From NCBI RefSeq assembly GCF_000150275.1, contig NW_002060947.1, positions 5,547,723 to 5,611,722 of the forward strand: 64,000 nucleotides of DNA. The letters run 5' to 3'. This document shows positions 1 through 13,148 of this stretch, piece after piece. A program made the position numbers and the translations under genes. Position 1 is the stretch's first letter. Each line of letters starts with the position of its first letter. The notes beneath the pieces are model-generated. The model was not told the origin of the DNA, searched no databases, and was given only the letters and a program-made list of their open reading frames with translations. Source of the stretch: Trichoplax adhaerens. Taxonomy: Eukaryota > Animalia > Placozoa.

Positions 1-59
1 AAAATTAAATTGACAAATACAAAACAAAGATCAATTCAAATCATTAGTTATGGATAACG

Positions 60-770
60 GGCGTTATTCCTGCTTGGAATAGAATGATTAAGGCTGTCCT
101 TTCATACTGTACAGTCTACAGTGTAGAGCCTCACATGACAAAATGTTCTTCAATAATGTCAGCAATTTCTGATATTTTCAATATTTCTTCAATAACGACA
201 TTTTCTGTCGGTGTTAAGGATGGAAAGAATCGCCACTTGTTTATCCATTTTGATGCGACTATTCTTTTGTATTGCACAGGTTCATCATGGCAGAACATTT
301 GGTCATTAATAATGTTAGCAATTTCTAATATTTTCAATATTTTTTTTAATAGTAATATTTTCTGTTGATGTTGAGGATGTTAAGAGTAGTAAATTAAATG
401 GCATTGAATGATGAATAAAATTCTAGACGCTGGAAAAGGTATACCGATTAAGCCAGCCGTAGAATATTGTACATTCTTATGCAATAGACTTATTCCTCCA
501 TCGAATTTAAGATGTTTAAAGAGTGTTCAAGTAAAACGAGCTTGTTTTTCGACCTATACAACCACTTTATACAGTTTGAAATAATAACAACAGAATACAC
601 TCTAATTTTGCATTCTATCTGTGCATCAATTTATCCGACGTTCAGTAGACGTTTATAGAGATCAGTTTGCAATTTTTCTCACTTTCTTACAATAAATATC
701 CTCAAACAAGTCAACTTGGCATTTGAGCAAAGTGTAAGAAGAGAGCTCTAATATTAGCTTAGCACTAATA
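60..770 (-). pseudogene. Decayed coding-like fragment of unknown family with an internal ~157-bp duplication
   Basis: Minus-strand reading (…LSSYTLLKCQVDLFEDIYCKK|GT intron|VEKQARFT*TLFKHLKFDGGISLLHKN…) is interrupted by stops. The block CATCCT.AACA.C.ACAGAAAAT…ATATTGAAAATAT.AGAAATTGCT.ACATTATT occurs twice (~150-222 and ~308-380). Confidence 0.25.
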
Positions 771-1179
771 AATTATTCAAGAATGCAATAGTAAAACCAA
801 TGTAGAATCTTTTCAATTGGAAAGTAGTGTAGCATGATTGGAAATATACAGATATCTTTAGGGTATATCGCGGTATATAACTAAAGTAAAATATATTTAT
901 TTCATGTAGAATAGTCAATTATGCTAAAATAAAGTAATTGTAGATGATGACAGGTGTGAATCGATGAAATAGGGTGCTTGCACTATTTTTATGCATACTA
1001 ATGAATTATCAAAAGATATACTGGTATCCTTTTTAAAATAAGGTAATTTTTACATTTTAATATAGAAAAAGGTAACTGGTATTGTCAGGCTATAAATAAT
1101 GCCAGACGACATAAACTCTCTTCATCACTGCTATTTTAGCCGTGTCATCAAAAAATATGTCAGTACTGCCATTTCACGT

Positions 1180-1620
1180 ACATTATCAAAGATATATCGG
1201 TATTCTTTCAGCAATGTGTACGTTCTTACATTAAAAACATTGCATTTAAGGTATCTGATATTAAAAATTAATTCTTTCGTATCGCCATTTTAGGCACATT
1301 ATCAAGAAATATCGATACTCTAGCTGCAATTTGCATGTCCTTATACTTAATATACTATATGCAGGATATCTAATGTTACAATATCTTCAGGACTGCTGTT
1401 TTATGCATGATATCAAAGACATATCGGTACCCTTTTTGCAATTTGCGTGTTCTTATATTTAATATACTGTGTTTACGGTAGCTAATATTACAATCTCTTC
1501 AGGACTGCTATGTTATGAACATTATTGTCATCAAAAATTTATTGGTGCTCTTTCTGTAATTTGCTTATTCTTATGTTTAATGTGTATGAGGCATCTGATA
1601 TTACAATCTCTTTAGCACTA
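1180..1620. repeat. Degenerate tandem repeat, ~115-bp unit, about 4 copies
   Basis: TATCAAAGA.ATATCGGTA…GCAATTTGC.TGTTCTTAT.TTTAAT…GTATCT.AT.TTACAAT.TCTTCAGGACTGC recurs at ~1184, 1300, 1412 and 1530. Confidence 0.7.
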
Positions 1621-2369
1621 CCATTTTACTCACAGTTTGCTAATTTCAACAATGCTGTTTCATGCAGAGTAGAAATGATATACTCTATCATTCCAAATTC
1701 TATCGATATTGAACGCATAACTTATCTCTTTCTTAATTTAATAAGGAGCTGTTGTGCTATAGTTCAGCTGAGAGTAATGTAATAAATAGTTAAGGTATAA
1801 AAAGATACATTAATACCTGAACATTAATTTCCTCTAATAAAAAGCAAGGGTTACAGTATTTGCTATTTGGATACTAGTGTAAATTGTCGATTTTCTGCTT
1901 ATTATAACGACGATGATATTTACTAGCAACGCAACAATAAGAAAAGTCAATATTTCCTCCTCTAGCTGTGCCTTAGCAACACTCTTTCCTCAGTCCCTTG
2001 TGCTATAAAGATCGTACGTAGACTAATTCTAATTACGCAATATATCATTAGGAATGTATGATTAATTAAGCAATTAACTATAAAGTACTTCCCACTAGAT
2101 AGAATAGTTTTATAGACATTTTTTAAACGTTTCAATCTTGCAGACATTCCTGTTTCACCATAAAATGGTGAATGATAATAAATACAAAATGATCGGAGTT
2201 TAGAAGAAATGCTAAATAAAAATTTTTTTCTATTCATAAATATCAATAAATAGTCCTAAACGAGATAGGATAGAAATCTACAGGAAATGCCAAATGAGAT
2301 TTTGGTCTTTTAGTGGCATAAGTAAGGAAATGCTTAAACAAAGCATGATGAAACTGTACAAGAAATCGT

Positions 2370-2620
2370 CGTACAGTCTAGTACTGTACAGTACTGTATG
2401 AGCTATTTGCCATTTGTCGGAAATTATCTTCAGACGGACGCTAAATATCTCAAAATGAAAACGCTAGCTACAGTACAAAAAATACTCTGGAGTACAGTAC
2501 TGTACTGTAAGGTACAGATGAACGTGTACAGTACAGTACTGTAGTTGACAGACAGTACGGTTTTGTGCACTGTAGCTTACAGTTCAAAGTACTGTACGTG
2601 TACAGTACTGTATACTGTAG
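2370..2620. repeat. Cluster of TACAG/CTGTA pentamers and CAGTACTG palindromes upstream of RBM41
   Basis: Dense runs such as GTACTGTACAGTACTGTA and TACAGTACTGTACTGTA. Confidence 0.7.
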
Positions 2621-3472
2621 CTTACGGAGGGTAAAATCAATTCATCAACAAACTCGCCAACTCACAACAATTTCCACCTTGATTTGTACAAGTAAATGAT
2701 TATTTCATCATCAATGCTAACAAAATGGTTGGAGGATCAGGTGAGTGATAGTCATAGTTGTCGAATTGAAATGGCAACGTCAAAATAGTGTATTTGATTG
2801 AGTACGACAGTACTTGGACAAAACTATTTGACGACTGGTGAAGAAGTACAGGTACTGTGCTGTAATGACCACAGACCTTCATTCGTACAAGCATTTTGCA
2901 AATCGGTGTAGTCCCTTCGACAGGAATAGACTAGTATAGCATGCTCACAATGATCAAGGTTGCAATTCTACATGCGTAAACCTGAAATGTTGAAAATGCT
3001 TAGCAAAGGCCTCCATGCAACACGTCTAGTTACTTACAATACTCAATTTGGAATGGAGTTGATTGCCTATACTGTAGGTTACTGCAAGTGGATGATTGAT
3101 TGCTTATTTACAGTAACAAAAACAATCCAAGTCATCCTTGGAGCCAACCAATATTGCAATATACCCATCGATAGTAGAAGTCATCTCGTTTTTAGAAACT
3201 CACTTTGCATCACCAATCTATTCACAATTAACACATCTCTATACTTTTATCATTACTACAGTGAGCGGTAAACCTTTCCGAGAAGATCCAACATCCTACG
3301 CAAAAACCGGCATTCCATGGTAAGTACAGTAGATTGCAATGGAAATGACTGCTAGTTATGCCTAGACATAGAACAGTACATCATACTGTAATAATTTACC
3401 CTAGCATAGTCAATACATACAAGGACTGTATAGGTGACGTTATAAAAAAATGAAATCAGATACTAGTCGTTC

Positions 3473-5427
3473 ATGAAGAAGCATAATGTTAGTGATATGC
3501 AAGATATCGTTATAAAATTGGACTTACTGTAAGTACCTTATTTTACTCATCATGATCCTTGATACGTGCATTCTTTAAAGTGGTCATCCTACGCGATATA
3601 AAAGCCGGGGGGTAATTCGCTTGATTCGCGATTCTTCAACACCATATGAAGATCAGCGGATTGAAGCTCCTCCCAATGATAACGTTGAATCAGAAACCGA
3701 TAAACTCCTACATGATTTACTGGAAAAGCAATTAAGTAAGTCCGTCGACGTCAAAAGGTAAGCCTTTCTACATGCATGCGATTGTAAACATTAGCTGGTT
3801 AAATGCTCTCAAATGGAAGATGATAGTAATCGAATACTAATCATACTCATTTTGCCAAATTCTTATACATCATGATGGCAGGCAACGTAGGGATTTTGTC
3901 GGTGGAACAGTCGTTGATAATGCTCAGGGAGAATTTAGCGGACAATTATCTTTGGATCAATATAAAGTAAAATCGTCAATAAATGACCAAACTAATTTTT
4001 TAAGAAATCAAGGCTTAGATGAAGAAGAGATAAGGTACCAAGCACTGTGCATACCGGATTATCATAAATGATACTCATTCATTCTTACGATTGTAGATGG
4101 AAAATAGAAGATAACATAGAGTCACAATTTCAGTCAACAAAGCGGAAAAGATACGGTACTGATCCAAGCATAGCTAGAGACAGGCTAGAAAATATCGAAC
4201 GCAAGATAATTAAAAAAGAGTCAATGCTGGCACATCCTGATAGTTTTACCAATGCTAAACCAATGAATAGGTGAAAATTAAGCATTATCAGAATGATGGA
4301 CCAAAATTATATAATATTAATGTGAAATGGATATCATCCGATTCTTAAATTTCTACATTGCTGTATGTTGCAGGCAGTTAATGGATATTGAAAAATCAAT
4401 CATTCGCGGTACAGAGAAGGCGACAATGTTCAGTCATCTTTTAAGACCAGAAAGTATTGAATCAAATGCAATATTACAAGCTACAGTGGATAACGTGAAC
4501 CATTCTATAAGCACTACTGATGGTAACAATTCCAATAGCAAGTGCAAAGAATTGAACGACGAGGAAACAAGATTACCCGTATCTTCTGAAATTGACGATG
4601 CAACGTGCAAAGTAGAAATTACTATTGATCAACCGAGTAGTTCTCCATCTACGAAAGACGAAACAAGGCAAGAATATTACATTGTATGACTCACTAAAGC
4701 TTCAGAGAATTATTTTTTATAAAGCAAAACGACAACGAGTACTTTCTGTCTTCAAATATGCTATACCATACCATAGCTGAATATTTAGACTGTATAGACA
4801 TACAACTGTTGATCAAGTTATTTTATTTACTCCAATATAGAACTAAGGGAATAAATTACGGTACTGGTACCTTGCGTGATAATTTGCAAGCAGTAAAAGC
4901 AGAAGATATTATCAAGAATAGAATAACTATTGAGGAAATAAGAGCTATGGCAAGATTTGCTCATTATGAGCAGGGAGAACCTTCTAAGGTACTAATCTAT
5001 TTCCCCATATAACTTACTTTATTCATATATAATATTCCGTAGTTAAAGCATTGACGTCTATATAAAATTTGGGCAATTGTAGGTGCTCTACATCAAAAAT
5101 TTAAGTGATAAAGTCAATGAGAAAGATTTAGTCATGACCTTTATAGGATTTCAAGAAGACAGTAAAGATAATATCCGATTTCGGTTAATGAAAGGCAAAA
5201 TGAAAGGTCAAGCGTTCGTAACATTTTCAGGTATAACGATAGACACTACTCATTCATGACGTATTAAACTCTGATTATCTTTATAAAATCTTATTTGATT
5301 ACATTCCGTAATAATGTCAAACCTATCAAAATTAGATGTAGCTACTGCGGGGAAAGCACTAGATGTAGTAAATGGATATAAGCTGAAAGGGAAGCCCATG
5401 GTTATACAATACGGGAAGAAATCATAA
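3473..5427 (+). CDS. RBM41: RNA-binding motif protein 41 (C-terminal RRM, paralogue of U11/U12-65K), ~8 exons; start codon tentative
   Basis: Spliced exons (approx. 3473-3528, 3581-3757, 3882-4034, 4098-4270, 4374-4668, 4841-4988, 5083-5231, 5336-5427) give ESETDKLLHDLLEKQL, LSLDQYK…LRNQGLDEEEI, DPSIARDRLENIERKI…RQLMDIEKSIIRG, and the RRM EEIRAMARFAHYEQGEPSKVLYIKNLS…MKGQAFVTF…VNGYKLKGKPMVIQYGKKS*. These match the RBM41 architecture. Confidence 0.9.
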
Positions 5428-6498
5428 ATACTTTGATACCGTGAGAAGAATAGCTACGTAAGCCCAAAGGATTGCGACCATAACGCAATGAAGTAAAATC
5501 ATACTGATGTACAAACACCTTTTTATTATATATATATATTAATATGCTATATTTATCTGTTTGATTATTTATGCGTATCTCCATAATGCCAAATTACATC
5601 TATTGCACAAGACCCTATGTATAAATTTATTGTATGATAGTCAAAATTCGGTTCAACTGAATAAAATCAATCAAGCATTTGCATAGTATATACGGATTTT
5701 GCATAACAACATATTTTCGTATGATCAACGCAACGATTGCCTGAGCAAAATTCCCATTGATTGAAATAAGTGTAGCTCCGTTTTAAGCCAATACCTTACC
5801 TTTTTGCCTTGTTTCTTATTAATGATAACAATGCTTATCGCCTTTGTTTTATCTTAGTTCTAACATAGACGAACTAGATCAATCATAAACACAATATTAT
5901 CACAATTGGGTTATGTTATAAAATCGTTTTCTTTTATGGTATGTACTTGAATTTCAAAGGTTACATTAGTTATAAGTCTAATAACAAAATTAATAGTCGT
6001 CAAGAATAGGAAGATAGCAGTAGAGTGCAGTAATTGTAATTTAGACACAAATAACAAACTCTTTAAGCATGTTTCTGTTTAATTGCGTAATAAACACATT
6101 AAAGTTTGGTTTACATTAATATACGTTGGGCAAATAATAACTTAACCAGCGTATTGACCATCTCAATTCAGGTTTCAATTACGCTAGGATACATTGCAGT
6201 CACTTGCGAATCGATAATATTGTTATATTATGCATACAGTTTCGTCAGCTATTGCTCATGGATATCAATGGAATAAACTTCATCACATTTTTCTCAAGCA
6301 TTGTGCCCTAAATTGTGCACATTTACAATTAACTCAATCTCATCAATAAAACGGTATGAAGGAAAACATAATTTCGATGTCTGTAATTATAATAGCCATT
6401 GATAATACAATGGAGTCGTGCAGCCTAATTCACGAATATCTGGTAGTTTACTGTATATTAATATCTACTACTTATAAAATTATTAAAATCAAACATTT

Positions 6499-8397
6499 TT
6501 AAACAAACATTTCTTCAGTGTCGTCTTCAGTTTCAGTTAGAAGGGTATTAGCATTGTCCTTCGTATCTGTCTTTTTAGAGATATCTTTTGATACTTTGGA
6601 TATCTACGCGAAAAAAACAAATAAGTGATATAAAACCAGTAAAATGAACTTTACAGATTATTATCACAAGTCTATTTATCTCAAGTGGTAACATTGAAAA
6701 TACTGATACGATATGACTAACCGTAATTTCCTGATCAACTTCCATTGCATAATCAACAGTAGGAGAGACAGCTACCGATCTTCTATCTCGACCTTCTTCT
6801 CTCTGAATTCGTTGAAAAAAGTTATTGTTACTCTTTGCCGTTGAGTGCAAATACAACTGATAATTTACAGGTATCGTACATAATTAAGCCCTAACCGATT
6901 TATCCTTATTCGAAACTCTGACATTGGTTTCCCCTTGATCCATGTGAGAGTCAAAATCGAGACTTAGATGCTTAGTGCCTCTTCTATTTTTCTTTGGCAT
7001 AACACGTATCCTATCACGCGCAGCGCTATGATTCAGAACAGGTGAACTACTAATTGGCATACCATCCTTGTCATACTGTACAGGCTCGTCTAAAAATTAT
7101 GAGCACATAATACAGGATCATCAGCGATTGAAAGCATTATGGTATATCAAGTAAAAGCGTAGCAAGATCTATAACATCACAATGTGGATCATTAAAAATC
7201 GGAATACTACTGTATCCCTTTTAGAAGTGATTCTGCTATTTTGGGACCTACCTTGTTTTTGCTGATTCAATAATTTATTCGGCGTTCCTCCATCGCTATT
7301 CTGTCTCATAGTCTATAAAAGAATTATTACTCTTAGACGTCAATAATAAAACAACTTAGGGCAAAGCATTTAAGGCATCTTTATTACTACAGCCAAAAAA
7401 TGAATTTCTCCAACCTGAATCGGTAATTTAACTCCTCTAGGAGGAGTTGCAAATGGGCTCTGAATTTTAAGCTTGGCATTTAATTCTTTGGCTATATCGT
7501 TACCAAACTGTCGATTTGGTGTTTTTTGTGCGGTTATCGGATTAAATCCGATCGGTTTCTTTGCAACAGCTGGTGGAGTCGGTTTTTCATTTGATGGTGA
7601 GGAATTTTGGGCTGGCATTTTCTTTCCAAGCAGTGGATTAAAACCGATCGGTTTCTTAGCAATTGATGGTGGTGTCGATTTCTCACCAACTGGTGATTCG
7701 GGTTGTTCCTAATAGTATGTATCCCCCAAAAGAAGTCATTTACTGATAAGTATACCCTACTATCGGAATAACTAAGGTTTGCTTCGAGTTCCAATATAAA
7801 ATTACAGGATAAGATATACGTGTAAAGTAACGAAACTGTTCTCAAAAAATTCTACAGACAAATGATGAGTTTAAAACCATTGGAAATTTAGCTTTATTAT
7901 TCGGTTGAAGGATCGAGTTCGTAGGATTACTAAGCAAGAAATTTACTCGATTGCATTAAGTGCTATGGTAACGGGATAGAGTCAAATTCGATGAAATACC
8001 ATGCAGTAAATTTCATTTCGTTCATTGTATTTCACTGTGCAAATCGATTTGTAGTATACTAGACTCGATGCATGCTTTTCTATGTCCGATTTAATTCAAT
8101 TCCGTACTTATTACGAACAGTTTAGCTATACATTCAATCATGAAATAGTGCAGTGTAATGTTGGCGCATTCTAAGCCCTTCTTTTAAGTGGGTATATTGA
8201 ATACAGTACTTATATATAATACTAGTGTATATTCATAATGTCGTATGCTGTGTGCATTATATCATTACAGATGAAAATAAAATAGCTACAAACAGTGGTC
8301 ATACCGATTGATCAGCTCCACTTCTCCTTTTAAGCTTATCAGCAAGTTCTTTAGAAATATTACCACTTAGTAAAGGCATACCACCGGTTGCAGCCAT
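6499..8397 (-). CDS. ~275-aa Pro-rich, likely disordered protein with a CRACD/KIAA1211 (DUF4592)/CPI-like motif; putative actin capping-protein regulator, 6 exons
   Basis: GT-AG exons in consistent phase (8305-8397, 7415-7708, ~7252-7312, ~6896-7089, ~6722-6802, 6499-~6603) give MAATGGMPLLSGNISKELADKLKRRSG…PPSIAKKPIGFNP/PPAVAKKPIGFNP…DIAKELNAKLK…SPVLNHSAARDRIRVMPKKNRR…ETEDDTEEMFV*. The gene structure is well supported; the family call rests on motif resemblance only. Confidence 0.7.
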
Positions 8398-9249
8398 ATT
8401 GTACAGCAATGGCAAGAGTTACAAGAATGAATAGTATACGTATATAGTTTCTTTCTTTAGAAATGTCCGAAGTGATTTTTGTAATAAAATTTCACTTGGA
8501 TTACCGGGAGTTAACAATTAATTGATTATATATTAGTACCCCTAAAAAAATGATTGATAAAGAACTGATATTAAATGTTGAATTGAATATACAGTATTTA
8601 TTAGGCTAAGCAGGTTATCAATAATAAATTGTGAGAAAATTGACTTGATACGAGAAATAAAAAAACGAGATACACGTCGATGCAATAACGTTTTGAAAAA
8701 GTGGCAAGGAATTGAGTTAAGATTCAGTGTTAGAAGAAGAGCATCCTCCAATTAAAATAATAAAAGATGGCCCAAGTACCCAACCATTTCCTACTATACA
8801 AAGAGTAATACCTTCGCTAGTTGATACTTTTGTCAAGTGTATTTGAAACTTCATATCAAGTTTATAAGGTAATTAATTCTTAATATACGTACCATATATA
8901 TTAAGAAATGAGAACGATCGAACACACTGCATAAGGAACGTAACTAGGGCAAGGGGCTAAGTAAAAAATCCATTCTTTAGATTTACCATAGTCTTGGCAA
9001 TCAAATCGACAAAAGGTGACTAGCGGTTAACAACATTTATTATCTACTATGTTGGTAACTTTGAATAAATAAAAAATGTTTCAAAGTCTTACATACAGTG
9101 CAATGTAGTTTTATTACAGCCTTCAAGATAGTATTTTAAGAATCCAACTGTGCAGAAGGGGAAGTAGAAATGCACGGGTACTTTATGCTTGTTATAAAGC
9201 CTATCAGACACTTTGAACTTTTGCTAGGATAAATCGATACGGAGACAAC

Positions 9250-11400
9250 ATCAATTGAAAGTCAAGTCAGACTAGCGATTAGAAATTAATGAGCGTATGA
9301 TAATAGTTAAAGTCTCATTTTGTTTGTAGACAATAATAGAGCCATCCATCCAATCTTTATTTTACTGGCAGACGTCTACGATTGTAGAGAGCAATTAAAT
9401 AATAATTGAAGACTTTTTCCATACTTATCCAGGGACATTTTTCCAATAACCTACTTGATAGTGGTATGACAGAGATGCATGGCGGTTAAAAGATCAAATA
9501 CTTGGCAAGCCAAGAATGCAAAGCATGGGAATAATATTTTTTGATTATGTCCCCTGAATCCCTGATTATGTATTAGTGGCCGTGATTCAATTAATTTGCA
9601 ATGCTACGGTAAATATCAAACAGTTTCTTCTCCTTCCTTCACTGAAGAGGGCTGAAAAATGATTCAATAATCGAATTAAGGAGCGTATTAACCTTAGTAA
9701 TGCAGTACTGCATAGACTACTGTACAGTAAGGTCGTAGTATTTCAAATCAACAGCGATTACAAGAATGTTAGTAGCCATTATCTCCTATTCTAATTATCG
9801 ATATATTCAATGAATTTCTATGACGACTGAAGTAATTCCACTAATTGGTGATGGCGACCGTGGTCGAATCTCGTCCACTTTTAGACAATAGGTGAAAAAA
9901 TAGAGATTTGAAATTTCCAGAGTGGATTTAATTGGGTTGAGAGGAGGACGAAAACGTTGGTAAAAACAGACATAAAATCAATCAAGTTGGACTGATGGCG
10001 ATTGTAAGCAACTTCATGTATGATATCTTAATCTACGTTATTGTTCACGTTTTTGTTGAGTCAATAATTGCAATAAAATGACGAGATTAGGTATCCATAA
10101 CACGACAGGCTTGAACAGTATGAGGTCATCAAGAGTGAGGGAGTTTGGCCTGGGGCAGTCGTTTATTTAAATAATTTAAGTTCAAGGTAGGCAGCGAGAG
10201 CGTCAAAGTCAATGAATGATCTAATCAAGTTACTTTTCTAGCTTAAGATTGAAGTTTATTGACGGTAAATTAGCCTAGTAGACAAGGGGTTATTACTCAT
10301 GAAGTGTATCCTGTCAATGCATGGTATTGGTATTGGAAAGGTTTTAACGGGAGCGTGTATTCTATGCTAAGATAGCGCTGTTATTTTTTGGCAATGATGA
10401 ATGATGGCAGATAATTTTCCAGTTGCTAGTATAGTACATGGATGAGTCCCATGGTAGTTATTCAATAATTGCTCTTTACATACCACTCATGATGAAATAT
10501 AAAATAAAATGAACGAGAATATGCAAGGTACCAGTTGACAGAGAAACGCAGTAGCAGATACAAGTGATTGTTGTTGTATTGTTGTATGGGAGGAGAAATT
10601 ATTGCGGTTACGGAAAGACAGGTTGAAATCAAATATGGCGGATGTAGTTTATGTTGAAGTAGTTAGGAGACGATTGAATTTAATCCCTGGATCATTGACG
10701 TCTGGAACAGTGAGTAAATACCATCCATGGTGGAATTGGGAACGAGTTGTAAAGTAACTTGCGACTACGAAAGAAACGATGAAGACCTATCAGCAGCGTT
10801 AAAGACTTGATCGAACAGCCAATGCTGTTTTTAGCTGTATCTTGAGAGTTATTTCAATTAATATTTTATTATGCTAGCCCGATATCATCCAATACAGTAT
10901 TAGCATAACGGTAAGCCCATCAATATCAGATCATTTCTAGTAAATTTCAACTTGCATTACTCTAGTAATGGCTTTTCATAATCGAACGGATTGAATGTCT
11001 GTTGAGGCTGGCGATGAAAATCACCCCATCAAATTGCTATTTACCCAGCTTCAACATAACCGCCATAACGCTAATGCTTGAAGTTCTGTCTATTGCATTA
11101 TGGAGCCTGTTGGTAATAGCTTTTTTACTTACCCACTAATGCTGAACATCAAGTTCTTGCTCTACGAATTAACTGGATCGATTCGATCACTCCTCAACAT
11201 ACAACTAGGTAGAATTTCTTTCCCAAGGAGTCCCTGATATGGATATCTTGGATGCTCTCCTTCTCAATATTTGATCGGTTCAACCCCCAAATTGTTCAAC
11301 TTGAACGGCCTGCCAAATGTTTCATCCAATGCGCCTACGGACGTTGACTTCCAATGCTAGCCACCACTAAACTAAGTGCTCTAAGTGGAGTGCGTACTCA
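9250..11400 (-). mobile_element. Highly decayed retroelement remnant, possibly the 5' part of a non-LTR (LINE) ORF2
   Basis: About 2 kb of more GC-rich, repeat-free sequence with all frames broken. Minus-strand fragments resemble an APE-endonuclease start (~10710, VNDPGIKFNRLL) and, ~1.3 kb downstream, a pre-RT region (~9440, EKCP…EKVFNYLIALYNRRRLP). The resemblance is weak. Confidence 0.25.
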
Positions 11401-11742
11401 TACTGTACTCTACTGAACTAGAGGTATTTCCAGGCTCGAGTATTTGGAAAGCAAGTGGGTGGGTCATGAGTTGCACGACCGGACATGGTGTTGACTTTGA
11501 CCTGTGCAGCACCATAGACTACTAGAAGCAGACCCGGACGGATCGCACCCTCAGACGGACGGAAATCTTTACGAACTGGAAAGTGAGGTCCCGTTCATGT
11601 CGAAAAATGATTACTGAGTCGGCAACGTGTGTATCTGTTTTCTAAATTACTGGTACTCCTTTCAATAACATTGTCGATCTTATCCAGCTGATTGTATGAC
11701 AGGGACCTGAGCGTAAAAGGACTTTACGCATTGAGCCATCGT

Positions 11743-11800
11743 AGAATCTAGTTTGGCACAATATGGAGGTGGGAAGTGTCTGTCCGTCCAAGAACGATCA
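11743..11800 (+). repeat. Short dispersed repeat, copy 1 (inverted copy at 38896-38965)
   Basis: AGAATCTAG-TTTGGCACAATAT…GTCTGTCCGTCC…GATCA matches the reverse complement of 38896-38965. Confidence 0.65.
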
Positions 11801-12233
11801 CTCCAGCGACTGCAGCCTGTACACTGTACAGTACAGCAGACTTCTGTCTTACTCTACACTATACTTAGATCGATCCAGCATCTGTTAACAGCTATCAATA
11901 CATCGCTGAAATGGCTTATAACGATATGATTTATTATGCATACCACACTGTAATTGCTGAGTTTCAATTCAAATAATTTCCATTACATAATCAATCATGG
12001 AGTAAACGTATCCACTTGGGTGTGGTTCCAATACTGTCAGCGAAAGACTTTACACTGCGCAAGATCTTCTTCTACTGTAGTACAGTTCAGTACTACAGTG
12101 TACAGTACCGCACATCATGCTGTACTGTACAGTACTGTGCTTCAAGCTTCTGGTTCTCACTCCAGTCACATGACTCGGACTCTATCTCCTTTCTGCACTG
12201 AACTCATGAAAAAGAATAACAACAGCCTCCAAG

Positions 12234-13148
12234 ATGGCTAGAGCGCTTCTCTCTCGTAGGATTTTCTTCTCCATCACCTGGATTTTGCTCGGTTTAACTT
12301 GTCATACACAGTCAAGCCCAACGCCTGCTGTCTTATGGCATGGCCTTGGTGACAGCTGCTGCAACCCACTGAGCATAGGGCGCATTCAAAAAGTGATTGA
12401 ATCCAATGTCAAAGGCATCTATGTCAGATCACTACAAATTGGCACCAATTTTTTCGAGGACACCTTCAATGGATATTTCTTAAATGCCAATAAGCAAATT
12501 GCTATGGTGTGTGAAAAATTAGCAAAAGATCCCAAGTTAAAACACGGTTATAATGCTGTTGGATTCTCTCAAGGGGGACAATTTCTGAGAGCAGTAGCTC
12601 AACGCTGTCCTAACCCGCCTATGCGTAATTTCATCTCCATTGGAGGACAACATCAAGGTGTTTATGGCTTCCCTCGTTGTCCTGGTAATTCCAGCGAATT
12701 ATGCAATTTATTACGACAACTTCTGAACCAAGGTGTTTATGTACCATTTATTCAAGATAATGTAACACCAGCGGAATATTGGCAAGATCCTCTCAATAAG
12801 AAAGAATATAAGCAGAAAAGTGTTTTCTTAGCTGATATTAATCAGGAAAGAGGAATCAATGCTACTTATAAAAAGAATTTAATGAAGTTATCCAAATTCG
12901 TCATGGTTAAATTTGAGAATGATACTGTTGTCCAGCCTAAAGCAAGTGAATGGTTTGGATTCTATAAAGAAAATTCAACTTCGGAAACTTTCACTCTCCA
13001 ACAAAGTCGTTTATATAAGGAAGACTGGTTAGGATTGAAGGCCATGGATCACGCCAAAAAGTTGGTCTTTCTTAAAACTGAAGGCGATCATTTACAGTTT
13101 TCTAATAAGTGGTTTATTCAAAATATCGTCAATCCCTATTTAAAGTAG
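12234..13148 (+). CDS. PPT1: Lysosomal palmitoyl-protein thioesterase 1, single exon, 304 aa
   Basis: Signal peptide; [13 protein letters not shown]; nucleophile [17 protein letters not shown]; [17 protein letters not shown]; catalytic Asp ([16 protein letters not shown]) and His (GDHLQF). Confidence 0.97.
   Translation: MARALLSRRIFFSITWILLGLTCHTQSSPTPAVLWHGLGDSCCNPLSIGRIQKVIESNVKGIYVRSLQIGTNFFEDTFNGYFLNANKQIAMVCEKLAKDPKLKHGYNAVGFSQGGQFLRAVAQRCPNPPMRNFISIGGQHQGVYGFPRCPGNSSELCNLLRQLLNQGVYVPFIQDNVTPAEYWQDPLNKKEYKQKSVFLADINQERGINATYKKNLMKLSKFVMVKFENDTVVQPKASEWFGFYKENSTSETFTLQQSRLYKEDWLGLKAMDHAKKLVFLKTEGDHLQFSNKWFIQNIVNPYLK

Noticed and set aside
2696-3475. Exon-like pieces upstream of RBM41, including a junction that would read …GIPW-TGA (possible selenocysteine or separate small gene)
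   Set aside because: No recognisable homology or SECIS element. More likely 5' UTR exons or uORFs; cannot be resolved without transcripts.
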